NCBI GenBank assembly: GCA_963762565.1
Contig: CAVXLD010000003.1
Coordinates: forward strand, 64,001-128,000
DNA from: an uncultured Verrucomicrobiae bacterium
GTDB taxonomy: Bacteria; Verrucomicrobiota; Verrucomicrobiia; Chthoniobacterales; JAFAMB01
Direction: 5' to 3'
DNA length: 64,000 nucleotides
In this document: in pieces, positions 48,278 through 58,356 of the stretch
Layout: the number at the start of each line of letters is the position of its first letter
Position numbering within the stretch: position 1 is the stretch's first letter
Translations under genes and position numbers: made by a program
The notes under the pieces: model-generated
The model's input: the letters and a program-made list of their open reading frames with translations, nothing else
What the model was told of the DNA's origin: nothing
Databases searched by the model: none

Positions 48278-48820
48278 TCAGGTGGCGTGATGGGGCAGGC
48301 CAAGCATGTGGCGAGCCTGTGCTGAGGTAGCGATATCGGCGCCGAGCGCCTCAACGATGCCGCGAACCTTTGTGACCATTGCCGCGTTGCTCGACGCGAG
48401 CACGCCGCGGGAGAGATAGATGCCGTCCTCGAGACCGACACGGACATGCCCGCCGGCGAGATAGCTCTGGGTCGCCGCGGTGAAGACACTCCGGCCGATG
48501 CCGATCGCGGTGAACTGGGCGCCTTGCGGTAACAGGGATCTGGCGTAGAGCACCGTCTCTGGCAACGGCTGAAAGCCATATTTCACACCCATGACGATGG
48601 AGCAGAGCGGGGCCGGATCCAGCGTGCTATCCGCGATGAGGTCTTGCAGCAGGGCGATGTCGCCGGAATCAAACAACTCGATCTCCGGTTTCACTCCGGC
48701 CTCGCGGATGATGCGCGCCATGCGGCGCACGTTACGCGGCGTGTTGATGACGACCTGGCCGGCGGAATTCATCGTGTTGAGGTCGAGTGTGCAGATGTCG
48801 GGCCGCAGCGCTGTGATTGC
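48278..48820 (-). pseudogene. C-terminal half of a beta-keto acid cleavage enzyme (BKACE/DUF849)
   Basis: ITALRPDICTLDLNTMN, KPEIELFD and GHVRVGLED; the N-terminal HxH region is missing. Confidence 0.8.
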
Positions 48821-48825
48821 GCCCT

Positions 48826-49767
48826 CTACTTGATCGGGGGAATCGGTCGCTTGGCCTCGCCCGGTTGCATGATCAAGCTGTATTCAAGAGTGTACCAGGG
48901 CGCCTTCACTTCTGGCGCTGGCGGCGTCTCATTCGCGTTGTGGCGGAGATAGCGGCCAATAAGATCTTTGGTGACACCAAACACCACATCGCTTTCCAGG
49001 CGTTCGTCGTCATCGACGAAGACCTGGGTGATCAGTGTCTTGTAGCCTGGCTTGAAGCCGAGGAAATGAAGATGGGCCGGGCGGTAACAGTGGCGCTGCT
49101 GGGCACGCAGCATTTCCCCCGTTGGTCCGTGTGTCGGCACAGGGTAGCAGGCAGGCTTGACGGAGCGGAACCAGAATTTCCCGTTTTCATCAGTATAAAA
49201 CCGCCCCCGCAGATTCATGTCCGCTTGCTCCGGGTCCTGGTTCTCGTAAAAACCGGCGGGCGAAGCCTGCCAGACATCGACCTCTGCCCCCTGGATCGGC
49301 TGACCATCGGGATCTGTGACGCGGAGGTTAGCGAATAGCTCGGGACCGGTCGTGGGCGAGCGCACGATGCTACGGCCGTTCGGCGTTTCAGGTGAGTTGT
49401 CGCGCCAGAACGGCCCGAGCAAGGCGGCGGCGGTTTCCGTCGGGCCTTTTCCGCCATTGTTCATGAGGACAACAAGGGTGGAGAACCCGACTGCATCGGC
49501 GAAGAGAATGCCCTCATTGTGGATGTCAGTGGTGGCCTTGCCGATCCGGTTGAGGAAATCGATCGCAAAATCGTACTCGTCCTGCGTCAGCCGCACCTCG
49601 CGGGCGAAAGCGTGCAAGTGGCTTACGAAAGCGGTCATCACCTCCCGCAGGCGTGGGGTCGGAGCGCCCGACATGGCGCGAAGAACGATTTGGGTGACGT
49701 CGTCGATATTTTCGATGATACCGTAGGACGGCACGGGCCCCGGCGGGGATGGCATATCTGGTTTCAT
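48826..49767 (-). CDS. Intradiol ring-cleavage dioxygenase (hydroxyquinol/catechol 1,2-dioxygenase-like)
   Basis: LLGPFW, VDVWQA..GFYENQD, YPVP and RPAHLHF. Confidence 0.9.
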   Translation of the reverse strand: MKPDMPSPPGPVPSYGIIENIDDVTQIVLRAMSGAPTPRLREVMTAFVSHLHAFAREVRLTQDEYDFAIDFLNRIGKATTDIHNEGILFADAVGFSTLVVLMNNGGKGPTETAAALLGPFWRDNSPETPNGRSIVRSPTTGPELFANLRVTDPDGQPIQGAEVDVWQASPAGFYENQDPEQADMNLRGRFYTDENGKFWFRSVKPACYPVPTHGPTGEMLRAQQRHCYRPAHLHFLGFKPGYKTLITQVFVDDDERLESDVVFGVTKDLIGRYLRHNANETPPAPEVKAPWYTLEYSLIMQPGEAKRPIPPIK

Positions 49768-49864
49768 CGTATACCTCCGATGTTTCGCTAAGGGTGCTGC
49801 AAAATAAATGGTGTATCCGTTCGCAACCGCATCCTAGCAGTTAGATAATTTGGATAACATTAAC

Positions 49865-50833
49865 ATGCGAGCGCTAAAGTTTTTTGAGACTGGCAGTTTG
49901 GATAATCTGCGGGTTGAGGAGGTGGCATCGCCAAAGCCGGCGGCAGGCGAGGCTTTGGTGCAGGTGAAAGCGGCGGCTATCAATCCCAGCGATGTGAAGA
50001 ACGTGCAGGGCAAGATGCACGAGACCACGGTCCCGCGAATTCCCGGACGCGATTTTGCCGGGATCGTGACTGAGGGGCCGGATGCACTCTTGGGTCAATC
50101 CGTGTTCGGTTCTGGTGGGAATCTCGGCTTCGGGCGGGACGGCAGTCACGCGGAGTATGTCGTCGTCCCTGCGACAGGAGTGCTTCCGTTGCCGAAGAAC
50201 CTGAGTTTTGCTGAAGCCGCGGGAATCGGCGTAGCCTACATCACAGCTTGGGCAGCGGTGGTCAACGCCGCGCAAATCCAGTCGGGAGAGACGGCGTTAA
50301 TCCTGGGAACGACTGGCGCCGTTGGAAGTGCGGCCGCTCGCATTGCACACAAGTTCGGAGCGCGGGTCATTGGTACTTCCAGAAAAGCCTCGGACATACC
50401 CGCTTCCGGTACGCTCCCGGTTGATGATTGGATCAGTCTTGAGGGCGTTGATCTAGCCACCGAAACGAGAAAGCTGACTAACGGCCAGGGAGCCGACGTG
50501 TTGTTGGACGTGGTTGGTGGACCCATGTTTGAAAAATGTCTCGCCGCTCTGGCTTTGCGTGGACGCCAAGTGTCGATCAGCTCGGGTTCGCAGCCCCGGG
50601 TAAGCTTCAATCTCGTGGATTTTTATCACAACGAATCGAGGCTGCTGGGGGTGGATTCGCTCAAACTCGGTTTCGAGGAGACGGCCGAAATTCTTCGCCA
50701 GCTCACCCCGGGGATCGAGTCTGGCATCTTTCCTGCCCCGCGTGCTGAAACCTTTTCATTGGAGGAAGGGCCTCGGGTTTATCGAGACATTGACGAGTCC
50801 AAGATCAAAGGTAAACCGATTCTGGTTCCGTGA
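49865..50833 (+). CDS. NADPH:quinone oxidoreductase (MDR family)
   Basis: AAAINPSD, PGRDFAG, GSHAEY and GTTGAVG. Confidence 0.9.
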   Translation: MRALKFFETGSLDNLRVEEVASPKPAAGEALVQVKAAAINPSDVKNVQGKMHETTVPRIPGRDFAGIVTEGPDALLGQSVFGSGGNLGFGRDGSHAEYVVVPATGVLPLPKNLSFAEAAGIGVAYITAWAAVVNAAQIQSGETALILGTTGAVGSAAARIAHKFGARVIGTSRKASDIPASGTLPVDDWISLEGVDLATETRKLTNGQGADVLLDVVGGPMFEKCLAALALRGRQVSISSGSQPRVSFNLVDFYHNESRLLGVDSLKLGFEETAEILRQLTPGIESGIFPAPRAETFSLEEGPRVYRDIDESKIKGKPILVP

Positions 50834-50837
50834 AGGC

Positions 50838-50905
50838 CCTTCGTGCTCGTCCTCGTCCTCGTGCTCGAATCCGGCCACGCGGAGTATTGGAGTGATGGAG
50901 TATTG
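50838..50905 (+). repeat. Short family A copy
   Basis: CTTCGTGCTCGTCCTCGTCCTCGTGCTCGAATCCGGCCACGCGGAGTATTGGAGTGATGGAGT. Confidence 0.8.
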
Positions 50906-50967
50906 AAGCGATGCGCTATCTTGGAGTTGCACCTGATGGAGAAAACACTAGGGAGTCTAATTGAACC

Positions 50968-51942
50968 ATGGATCAAATCGACACTGCATTAGCTCAAGCT
51001 GCTCGGAACGTTGTGGAACACTGTCTGGCCATCCAAGCCGGCGAGATCGTCTCTATTGTAACCGACAGCGGTGCTCCCGAGCGGATTGAGATTGCCCGCG
51101 CTTTTTGGGAACAAGCTCGAGGCAAAGGAGCAGAGGTGATTTTCGCTGAGATGCTCCCGCGCAAGACCAGCGGTGAGGAACCGCCGGCGCCAATCGCGCA
51201 ACTCATGGCAGAAAGTAACGTCGTTCTTTGTCCAACGACCAAGTCGCTTTCGCATACCCGAGCGCGCCGGAACGCGTCCGCGCGAGGCGCACGGATGGCT
51301 AGCCTGCCAAGCATAACCAAAGAAATGATGATCCGCTGTCTGGCGGCCGATTATGGAAACATTGCTGCTCTCACCAAACGTGTCGCCGAAAAGTTAAGCC
51401 GAGGCTCAAAGTTCAAAGTTGAGAGCGAGCTCGGCACCAGCCTTGAACTGGAACGCCAAGGTAGGACTGTGGGCGCCGACACCGGGCTGCTGACCCAACG
51501 AGGAGAGTTTGGCAACCTACCGGCGGGTGAGGCTTTCTTCGCACCCATGGAAGGCACGACGAATGGCAAGCTTGTGTTCGATGGATCGGTCGCCGATCTC
51601 GGCAAACTAGCGGAGCCGATCGAATTGCAGGTCGAAGGCGGTATTGCCCGGATCGTCTCAACCTCGGCGGCGTCCCAGAGGCTTGAAGGCTATCTCGCTG
51701 CCCAAGGGCCCGATGCCTATAACATCGCTGAGTTGGGAGTAGGCACTAACGATCGGGCAATCGTCTCAGGTTATATTCTAGAGGACGAAAAAGTTTTAGG
51801 TACTGTCCACATCGCTCTCGGTAACAACGCGGGGATGGGAGGCACTGTAAACGTACCCATTCATCTCGACGGCCTCATCCGGAACGCCACGCTCTTCGTC
51901 GATGGTGAACTGGTTCTGGATAAAGGTACGCTCGTCGTTTAG
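50968..51942 (+). CDS. Aminopeptidase, M29/thermophilic leucyl aminopeptidase-like
   Basis: GEEPP, SLSHT, NLPAGE, IAELGVGTN, EDEKVLGTVHIALG and HLDG. Confidence 0.85.
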   Translation: MDQIDTALAQAARNVVEHCLAIQAGEIVSIVTDSGAPERIEIARAFWEQARGKGAEVIFAEMLPRKTSGEEPPAPIAQLMAESNVVLCPTTKSLSHTRARRNASARGARMASLPSITKEMMIRCLAADYGNIAALTKRVAEKLSRGSKFKVESELGTSLELERQGRTVGADTGLLTQRGEFGNLPAGEAFFAPMEGTTNGKLVFDGSVADLGKLAEPIELQVEGGIARIVSTSAASQRLEGYLAAQGPDAYNIAELGVGTNDRAIVSGYILEDEKVLGTVHIALGNNAGMGGTVNVPIHLDGLIRNATLFVDGELVLDKGTLVV

Positions 51943-52567
51943 CGAGAACCGGATCGGCGTTCGCACAGGAGGACAGAAAGATCACAGAGAAATCTTTTTG
52001 AACAGGAGCTAACAGAGGAAACGGAGGTTAATGCTCCTCCGGATTTTGTCCCGAAGGGACTGAATGAATGCAGGCGTCGTTTCGGTAGACCCCTGGGTCG
52101 TGGCTCGCATGGCGATTCCGGCAGTTCGGACAATTAGCAACTAGTAACGGTTAGTCCGTGGTTCTGTTCACTCATTCACTTATGAATACCGCAAAGCTGC
52201 CACGAGAGCAGAACCCATATCTACTGACCGGCCGAGGCAAGAAGAAAAAGTGGTTTTTTCTACGTTGGACTTCTGCGGTCAGAAAGGTGCGTTGAGCTCA
52301 GCCTGCGAATCTGTGACCGCGATCATCGCCCGCACCGACCACCCGAACAGGGAAGCGTTATCTTGCTGCCGGAGCTTGAAAGCATTCATCTCCGATGAGC
52401 GATTGAAGTAGGTATCCGGTGACGAAGGGCGGGCGGCGCCAGTTGAATATATGTATTGACATCGATATAATATGCGTGGATAGGAGTGATATCGATACAG
52501 GGAAGTCATGCTGAAAGCCGCTAGTGCGGCTTTCACTTTATCATCTAACCACAATTGAAGTAGCTTT

Positions 52568-53188
52568 ATGCCTACATTGCTCCATCTCGATGCTAGTCCA
52601 CGCGGCGATTTTTCGATCTCTCGTCAACTTAGCCAAGCAGCGGTAGCTGCCTGGAAAACCAGATATCCCGGTGGAAAAATCATCGAAAGAGATCTCACTA
52701 AGACCGAAATGACCTTTGTCGATCTCGACTGGATCATGGGCGCGTTTAGTCCACCGGACCAGGTGGCGGACGATCACAAGAGGGCGTTGGCGATTTCAGA
52801 CACGCTCATCGCGGAATTATTGGAGGCCGATGAGATCATAGTTGGTACCCCTATGTACAACTTTGGGGTGCCAGCCGTGCTGAAAGCGTGGATCGACCAC
52901 GTCGTGCGAGCAGGAAAGACTTTCCAATATGGCGCCTCGGGTCCTGAGGGACTGGCCAAAGGTCGAAAAGTGCTAGTGACAATTGCGAGCGGTGGCGTTT
53001 ATGACAAAGCGTCCGGCATGGAAAGCTATAACTACGTAACGCCTTATCTTCGGCTCATCCTCGGCTTTATTGGGATCACTGATGTAACCTTTGTTCACGC
53101 GGGGGGAACGATCCAAGTAGTTCAAGGAAAAGTGTCACTCGAAGAGTTCATCGCGCCGCTGCTTGAGCAGATCAAGGCCGCTGTGTAA
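52568..53188 (+). CDS. azoR: FMN-dependent NADH-azoreductase
   Basis: LLHLDASPRG, PMYNFGVPAVLKAWID, GKTFQY and ASGG. Confidence 0.9.
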   Translation: MPTLLHLDASPRGDFSISRQLSQAAVAAWKTRYPGGKIIERDLTKTEMTFVDLDWIMGAFSPPDQVADDHKRALAISDTLIAELLEADEIIVGTPMYNFGVPAVLKAWIDHVVRAGKTFQYGASGPEGLAKGRKVLVTIASGGVYDKASGMESYNYVTPYLRLILGFIGITDVTFVHAGGTIQVVQGKVSLEEFIAPLLEQIKAAV

Positions 53189-53240
53189 AGCGGCCATAGC
53201 GGCCATGGCGGCCATCGCGGCGGTCGCGCGTTGCAATTGA

Positions 53241-53441
53241 GGGAGGGCGCGCGTCCTCGCGCGCCGCGAACAGGTCTGCGTTGTGAAGCTACCTAAAACG
53301 TTGGACCTGGTCTCTCGCGGGGCTTCGGTAAAGACGGATCGCGGGGATCCGACGTCGCCAACGCTTGCAAGAAAGACCTGCAGAGAGAAGGCTGTGTCGG
53401 ACAGGCAGCGATCTCTCCCGGATTCGAGGACGAGAACGAGC
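53241..53441 (+). repeat. Repeat family C with insert, fused to a family A fragment
   Basis: Matches 41740-41920; GGATTCGAGGACGAGAACGA tail. Confidence 0.8.
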
Positions 53442-53444
53442 GCC

Positions 53445-54086
53445 TCATCGGCGGGCACCGTACCGTAGGCCGTCTACCAGTAGAGCTACCAAGCGCCGGG
53501 CGAGCAATGGATCGCTATCGCCAGCCGGCGAACTGAGGCGCGCGACCGCTTTTAATAGGTCGTCTGGTTCGACGCCGGGGCGCACTTCGCCGGCCGCAAC
53601 GGCTGCTTCAAGCAAGCTCTGGAGTGCGGGCCGGAGTCGCTTTTGAAAGTAGGCGGGTAAATTGTCATATGCCGGGTCGCCCGAATGCAGAGCTGCTGCC
53701 AGTCCGCGTTTTGCGGAAATGAAGTCGACGTAACGCTGCATCCATCGAGCTAGCGCTTCCCCGGGTTCATGTTTGCTCGCCAGGATCGCTGCCGCGTCTG
53801 CGCAGCCATCGACCTCACGGCGAAAGACAGCCACGATCAGGTCCGAGCGCTGCGGAAAGTGCCGGTAAACCGTGCCGATGCCGACGCCGGCTTTCTCGGC
53901 GATTTCTCGCACCGGAGCATCCACGCCGGACCTTGCGAACACCATCATGGCCGAGCGGAGCAGCGTATCAAAGTTGCGTTGTGCGTCGGCGCGCAGGCGT
54001 CGCTTGACGCCATCACGGGCCTCCGAGTCATCCCCTTGTTTTTGCGTCTTCCTTTTCACCGGATCACCGTTTGACAAGCGGAACAT
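53445..54086 (-). CDS. TetR/AcrR regulator
   Basis: RADAQRN...IAEKAGVGIGTVYRHFP; LLVDGLRYG. Start may be GTG near 54059. Confidence 0.9.
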   Translation of the reverse strand: MFRLSNGDPVKRKTQKQGDDSEARDGVKRRLRADAQRNFDTLLRSAMMVFARSGVDAPVREIAEKAGVGIGTVYRHFPQRSDLIVAVFRREVDGCADAAAILASKHEPGEALARWMQRYVDFISAKRGLAAALHSGDPAYDNLPAYFQKRLRPALQSLLEAAVAAGEVRPGVEPDDLLKAVARLSSPAGDSDPLLARRLVALLVDGLRYGARR

Positions 54087-54118
54087 TGTTCCGTATAAAG
54101 TGGAAGGCTGTTCCGTTT
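54071..54118 (+). promoter_or_regulatory. Sigma70 promoter with palindromic operator in the spacer
   Basis: TTGACA(54071)-N17-TATAAA(54094); CGGAACA-T-TGTTCCG at 54079-93; degenerate second site TGGAAGGCTGTTCCG downstream. Confidence 0.8.
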
Positions 54119-54178
54119 ATCCTCTTTAACACAGGTGGACGGTGTTGGCCACACAACGATTTAAAAAAGGAGATTACT

Positions 54179-54937
54179 ATGCAGAACAAACCCGTCGCTC
54201 TGATTACCGGGGCAAATCAAGGGATTGGCCTCCAGATCGCAAAGGATCTGGCCGCAAAGAACTTCACTGTCCTGGTCGGCTCGCGGGACTATGCGCGAGG
54301 AGAAGAAGCGGTCAAGACGATCGAAGGAGAGGCCCATGCCCTCCAGCTCGACGTGACGGATCAGGCTTCCATCGCTGCCGCGGCGGAGCGCGTCCGGAAC
54401 GAGTTTGGCCGCCTCGATGTGCTCGTCAACAACGCGGCCATCACGCATACGCGACGGCTGCAGCCGGACGAGACCGTCCAGGACTACGCTAAGTCGACCC
54501 GCCCGAGTGTTGTGTCGCTCGATGAAATGCGTGCAGTGTTCGAGACCAACGTATTCGGTGTCATAGCCGTTACCCAGGCACTGCTGCCGCTCCTGCGCGA
54601 GGCGCCGGCGGCGCGCATTGTCAACGTGTCGAGCGGCGTTGGCTCGTTGACACGGAACTCGGACCCGGCCTACCCCTACCGCTCGATTTTCGGCCCCGTG
54701 TATCCGGCCTCGAAGACGGCTCTCAATTCTATGACCGTCGCCATGGCGATCGAGTTGGAGTCGACCGGGATCAAGGTTAATGCTGCCTGCCCGGGTTACA
54801 CCAAGACGAAGCTCAACAACTATACGGGCACGCGGAGTGTCGAGGAGGGAGCTCATGAACCCGTGCGCCTCGCGCTCCTAGACGCGAACGGTCCGACCGG
54901 CACGTTCTCGAACGAGGACGGACCGCTGCCGTGGTGA
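54179..54937 (+). CDS. Short-chain dehydrogenase/reductase (carbonyl reductase-like)
   Basis: TGANQGIG, NNAA, NVSS and YPASK; AAGGAG RBS. Confidence 0.92.
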   Translation: MQNKPVALITGANQGIGLQIAKDLAAKNFTVLVGSRDYARGEEAVKTIEGEAHALQLDVTDQASIAAAAERVRNEFGRLDVLVNNAAITHTRRLQPDETVQDYAKSTRPSVVSLDEMRAVFETNVFGVIAVTQALLPLLREAPAARIVNVSSGVGSLTRNSDPAYPYRSIFGPVYPASKTALNSMTVAMAIELESTGIKVNAACPGYTKTKLNNYTGTRSVEEGAHEPVRLALLDANGPTGTFSNEDGPLPW

Positions 54938-55107
54938 GGACAGGAGCTAGGAGCTAGGAGCTAGGAGCTAGGAAGCGCGCATTCAGAATTGCGAACAAAA
55001 CCGGGAGCTGTAAGCGCGGCCTGATGAGTCCCGACAATCTTATAACGCCCATCGTGCCATGTCGCTTGTGCTGACCTAGCCCCAGCGCCTCTCCTAGCTC
55101 CTAGATT

Positions 55108-55506
55108 CTAGCTCCTATCTCCTTTAGCCATCTGAGCGATCTCTTTTTCGAATGGATCAGTGGTGAACGCCCGGACCTCAACGGTCTGTCCAACGTCTAG
55201 TCCAGGACATCCTTTAGCCGTCTCCACCGCTTCCTCTAAACTGGTTGCTTGAATAACAAAGAAGCCTGCAACCGCTTCTTTCGATTCGGCAAACGGCCCA
55301 TCGATCACCATATTCCTGCTCGCCAGGGTTTTTCCGTTGGTCTCGAGAGGGCCACCGCTTTTCAACTTGCCCTCTCTGACTAGTTGGTCGGCCCAGGCTG
55401 TGAATCGATTCATGCTTTCTTCGATCACCTCAGGAGCCAGGCCTTGGTACCAAGCGTTATTGCGGAACAATAATAGGTATTCTGAAGCGGGCGGATTTGC
55501 GCTCAT
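55108..55506 (-). CDS. YciI/DGPF family protein
   Basis: IDGPFAESKEAVAGFF and VEVR. Confidence 0.88.
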   Translation of the reverse strand: MSANPPASEYLLLFRNNAWYQGLAPEVIEESMNRFTAWADQLVREGKLKSGGPLETNGKTLASRNMVIDGPFAESKEAVAGFFVIQATSLEEAVETAKGCPGLDVGQTVEVRAFTTDPFEKEIAQMAKGDRS

Positions 55507-55623
55507 AGGTCTATCGGCTGGTTTTTCAGCAGGAATCGCTTGCTGAGAGACCCCGAATGATCCCGCTAAGGATTGCGGTAATCACCGATTGTGAATGATT
55601 GGTACTCAGATGCGGTACTAGTC

Positions 55624-56580
55624 TTACGGACAGCACCTTCCAATCTTGGCGTACAACCGCATCTTTTCGAGCATGCAATTCGCTATTGTCGCGAGAGAAC
55701 TTAACTGTTGCATATTAGCTCGCGTGAAACGCTTCGGCTTTCTGTGCACAATACACAGCGCACCGACAGCAACTCGATCCTGCGCGAAGAGGGGAACGCC
55801 AGCATAAAATCGGACATCTTCTCTGAATCCCGGATGGTTTCTCCATTGCTGGTCCCGTCTGGCGTCCTGAATTACAACTGGCATGCGCAGGGCGGCAACA
55901 TGCGCGCAAATAGAACAGTCGAGAGGCATCTCGGATTTTGAACAGCCGTAGTGGGACGCGAACCACTGGCGATTACGATCGATGAGCGTAATCATTGCGC
56001 GATCCGTACGAAAACTAGCTGCGGCGAACTCAGTAAGGGCGTGGAAAGCCCCGGGCACAAGGGAGTCGAGGATCTCGTACTCCTGCAGGGCCTGATAGCT
56101 TCGCTCTGCCGCCTCCAGAATCGTGGCGTCGTCACATGGATAAGTGCAATAAGACAGCTCCAGAGCAGGCTTGCCAAATTCGCCACCAGGGCGATTGGAA
56201 AAACGAATTTCGTTACCGTCTAAATCTAGGGCGCAAAAGTTTAGAACTCCGAACGGTTTACTAGTCAGCTGCCCTCTCAGGCGCATGCCCCGCGTCCTCA
56301 GTCGATCATAAAGAAAAGCGGCATCCGGGCAGAATAAGGTGACTGAAGAGCGCTCAAGGTCGGGCCGGGTCGTTTCTTTCAAGGTTACGCGCATTTCTCC
56401 TAAGGCTAGCTCCAAGGCGTTAGGGCTCTGCCGGATCCACTCGAAGCCCAACCCTCGCACGTAATAATCGGCCGAGTCGGTGAGGCTACTAACCAATAAC
56501 TCGCCAGCAACTGCGGCGTTCTGACTTTCAAACTTAGCCCAATTTGAGAAAGATAACTCTTGTTTCGACGGCATCGCCAT
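55624..56580 (-). CDS. Glyoxalase/VOC-like plus GAF domain fusion
   Basis: YYVRGLGF...KPFGVLNFCALDLDGNEI, then ITLIDRNRQWF...SICAH...RFYAGVPL...GALC; start uncertain. Confidence 0.7.
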   Translation of the reverse strand: MAMPSKQELSFSNWAKFESQNAAVAGELLVSSLTDSADYYVRGLGFEWIRQSPNALELALGEMRVTLKETTRPDLERSSVTLFCPDAAFLYDRLRTRGMRLRGQLTSKPFGVLNFCALDLDGNEIRFSNRPGGEFGKPALELSYCTYPCDDATILEAAERSYQALQEYEILDSLVPGAFHALTEFAAASFRTDRAMITLIDRNRQWFASHYGCSKSEMPLDCSICAHVAALRMPVVIQDARRDQQWRNHPGFREDVRFYAGVPLFAQDRVAVGALCIVHRKPKRFTRANMQQLSSLATIANCMLEKMRLYAKIGRCCP

Positions 56581-56812
56581 AGGAGAACCGCAGTGAGCGT
56601 AAGATATCCAATCGAATTTAAAACACTTTTTGGTGACGCCGCCATATCCAACGGTACTCACTATAATCCCAGGAATCACTGTAAGAAGACCCGTGCCTGA
56701 GCCGGCTTCGGTCCGCTCGGAAAGCGCCACCGACTCGGCAGTTCCATCACTGATCACTCCCGCACGCATCGCTAAGCGAAGCATTGCGGGCGCGGCCATC
56801 ACTCTGGGGCGT

Positions 56813-57289
56813 TTATGGTGTGTCCAGTCTTTTGCCGCTAACCTGATCGTCGTCGCTGTCCCTCACGTTCCAATTCTGATCCAAGAATTCGACGTGACAC
56901 CCCTTCGAGATAAAGTCGTTCCCTGACTCGGACAAGGTCAAAGTGCTGCTGACTCGCATGTATCCGTTCACTGCGCCTTCCTTCAAGAGAACCGCATAGA
57001 AAGTCAGTTTGAAATCTCTGTTGCCCGCTTGAGCCCATCGCCCGAACCCAGGACCGCGTTGATCTGCCAGGCCGGCGACATCAATCTTGCTATTGCCAGT
57101 CGTGGTAAAACTGCCGTCCCCGCCGAAAATGGCTAAACTTAGTAAAGGCGGTGGTGCTACCCCGCCAGCCTCTATCTTTACTTCCCACACGCCCGTTAAT
57201 GTCTTTCCCTCGGTTGACTGAGCGAACATCGTGATCGGATTGGTCAAGAACAGAAGAGCTAACCAAATCAGAGGCTTCCTGAGTCTCAT
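56813..57289 (-). CDS. Secreted hypothetical beta-barrel-like protein
   Basis: Signal peptide; LTGVW and GFGRW. Confidence 0.65.
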   Translation of the reverse strand: MRLRKPLIWLALLFLTNPITMFAQSTEGKTLTGVWEVKIEAGGVAPPPLLSLAIFGGDGSFTTTGNSKIDVAGLADQRGPGFGRWAQAGNRDFKLTFYAVLLKEGAVNGYMRVSSTLTLSESGNDFISKGCHVEFLDQNWNVRDSDDDQVSGKRLDTP

Positions 57290-57360
57290 ATTTTCTTAGC
57301 AGAAATAGACCGAACACTGCTTCGGGCAAATAGCCACTCCGCGCGAATTGGAAAGGACCA

Positions 57361-57404
57361 CTTACAGGTTTCAAGTTACAGATTTCAATATTTGACATCT
57401 GTAT
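57361..57404. promoter_or_regulatory. Putative operator repeats upstream of the AKR-TetR pair
   Basis: TTACAGGTTTCAA-G-TTACAGATTTCAA direct repeat; TACAGAT...ATCTGTA inverted; TTGACA nearby. Confidence 0.5.
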
Positions 57405-57435
57405 AAACTAGGGCTATTAGCGGGGCAAAGCATAA

Positions 57436-58356
57436 ATGAGTAAACCACGAATGAATACTTCCAAGCTTGGCGGTCAGTTCACCTTTTCTGGTACGTCGCT
57501 CACCGTTCGGCCCATGGGCTACGGCGCCATGCAGCTAGCCGGACGCGATGGAAACAAACTCGTCTGGGGTCCGCCCCGCGATATCGACGGCGCCATTGCC
57601 GTGTTGCGTGAGGTGGTGGCCAGTGGTGTCAACCATATCGATACCAGTGATTTTTATGGTCCGCATATCACAAACCAGCTTATCCGGCGCGCGCTCCATC
57701 CGTACCCGGAAGATCTGGTGATCGTCACCAAAGTCAGCGCCCGCCGGGGTGCAGATGGCTCTTGGATTCCGGCCATGTCACCCGAAGAGCTGACTCAGGC
57801 GGTGCATGATAATTTGCGCAATCTCGGGCTCGACGCGCTCGATGTGGTGAACCTGCGGAGCATGTTCGACGTGCATGGACCGGCCGAGGGATCGTTGGAG
57901 GGGCCGTTGAGCACGCTGGCCGAGCTCCAACAGAAGGGCTTCATTCGTCACATCGGTCTGAGCAACGTTACCCGGAAACAAATCGAAGACGCGCGAAGAA
58001 TGGTCGAAATTGTTTGCGTGCAGAATGCGTACAACGTTGCTCACCGAGCCGACGATCCGTTGATAGACGAACTAGAAAAACAGGGCATCGCTTACGTGCC
58101 GTTCTTTCCGCTCGGTGGCTTTAACCCCTTGCAGTCGTCGGCCTTATCCGACGTGGCTCAGAGCCTCAACGTGACGCCGATGCAAGTTGCTCTTGCTTGG
58201 TTGTTGCAGCGTTCCTCGAATATGCTGTTAATACCGGGCACCTCATCGGTGGAACATCTGCGGGAGAACCTCGCAGCTGCTGAATTAACGCTTCCACCCG
58301 ATGCTTTGACGGTGTTAGATCAGCTCGCTAACCAGACCGAAGCGGCGCAACCTTGA
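57436..58356 (+). CDS. Aldo/keto reductase
   Basis: MGYGAMQL, IDTSDFYG, VIVTKV, IGLSNV and LIPGTSS. Confidence 0.92.
   Translation: MSKPRMNTSKLGGQFTFSGTSLTVRPMGYGAMQLAGRDGNKLVWGPPRDIDGAIAVLREVVASGVNHIDTSDFYGPHITNQLIRRALHPYPEDLVIVTKVSARRGADGSWIPAMSPEELTQAVHDNLRNLGLDALDVVNLRSMFDVHGPAEGSLEGPLSTLAELQQKGFIRHIGLSNVTRKQIEDARRMVEIVCVQNAYNVAHRADDPLIDELEKQGIAYVPFFPLGGFNPLQSSALSDVAQSLNVTPMQVALAWLLQRSSNMLLIPGTSSVEHLRENLAAAELTLPPDALTVLDQLANQTEAAQP

Noticed and set aside
52182..52230. Possible remnant of a YyaL-like thioredoxin-domain gene (LPREQNPYLL)
   Set aside because: Match too short to support.
52450..52500. TGACATCGATAT / TGATATCGATAC motifs upstream of azoR as an operator
   Set aside because: Plausible but short, and no cognate regulator can be assigned from this window.
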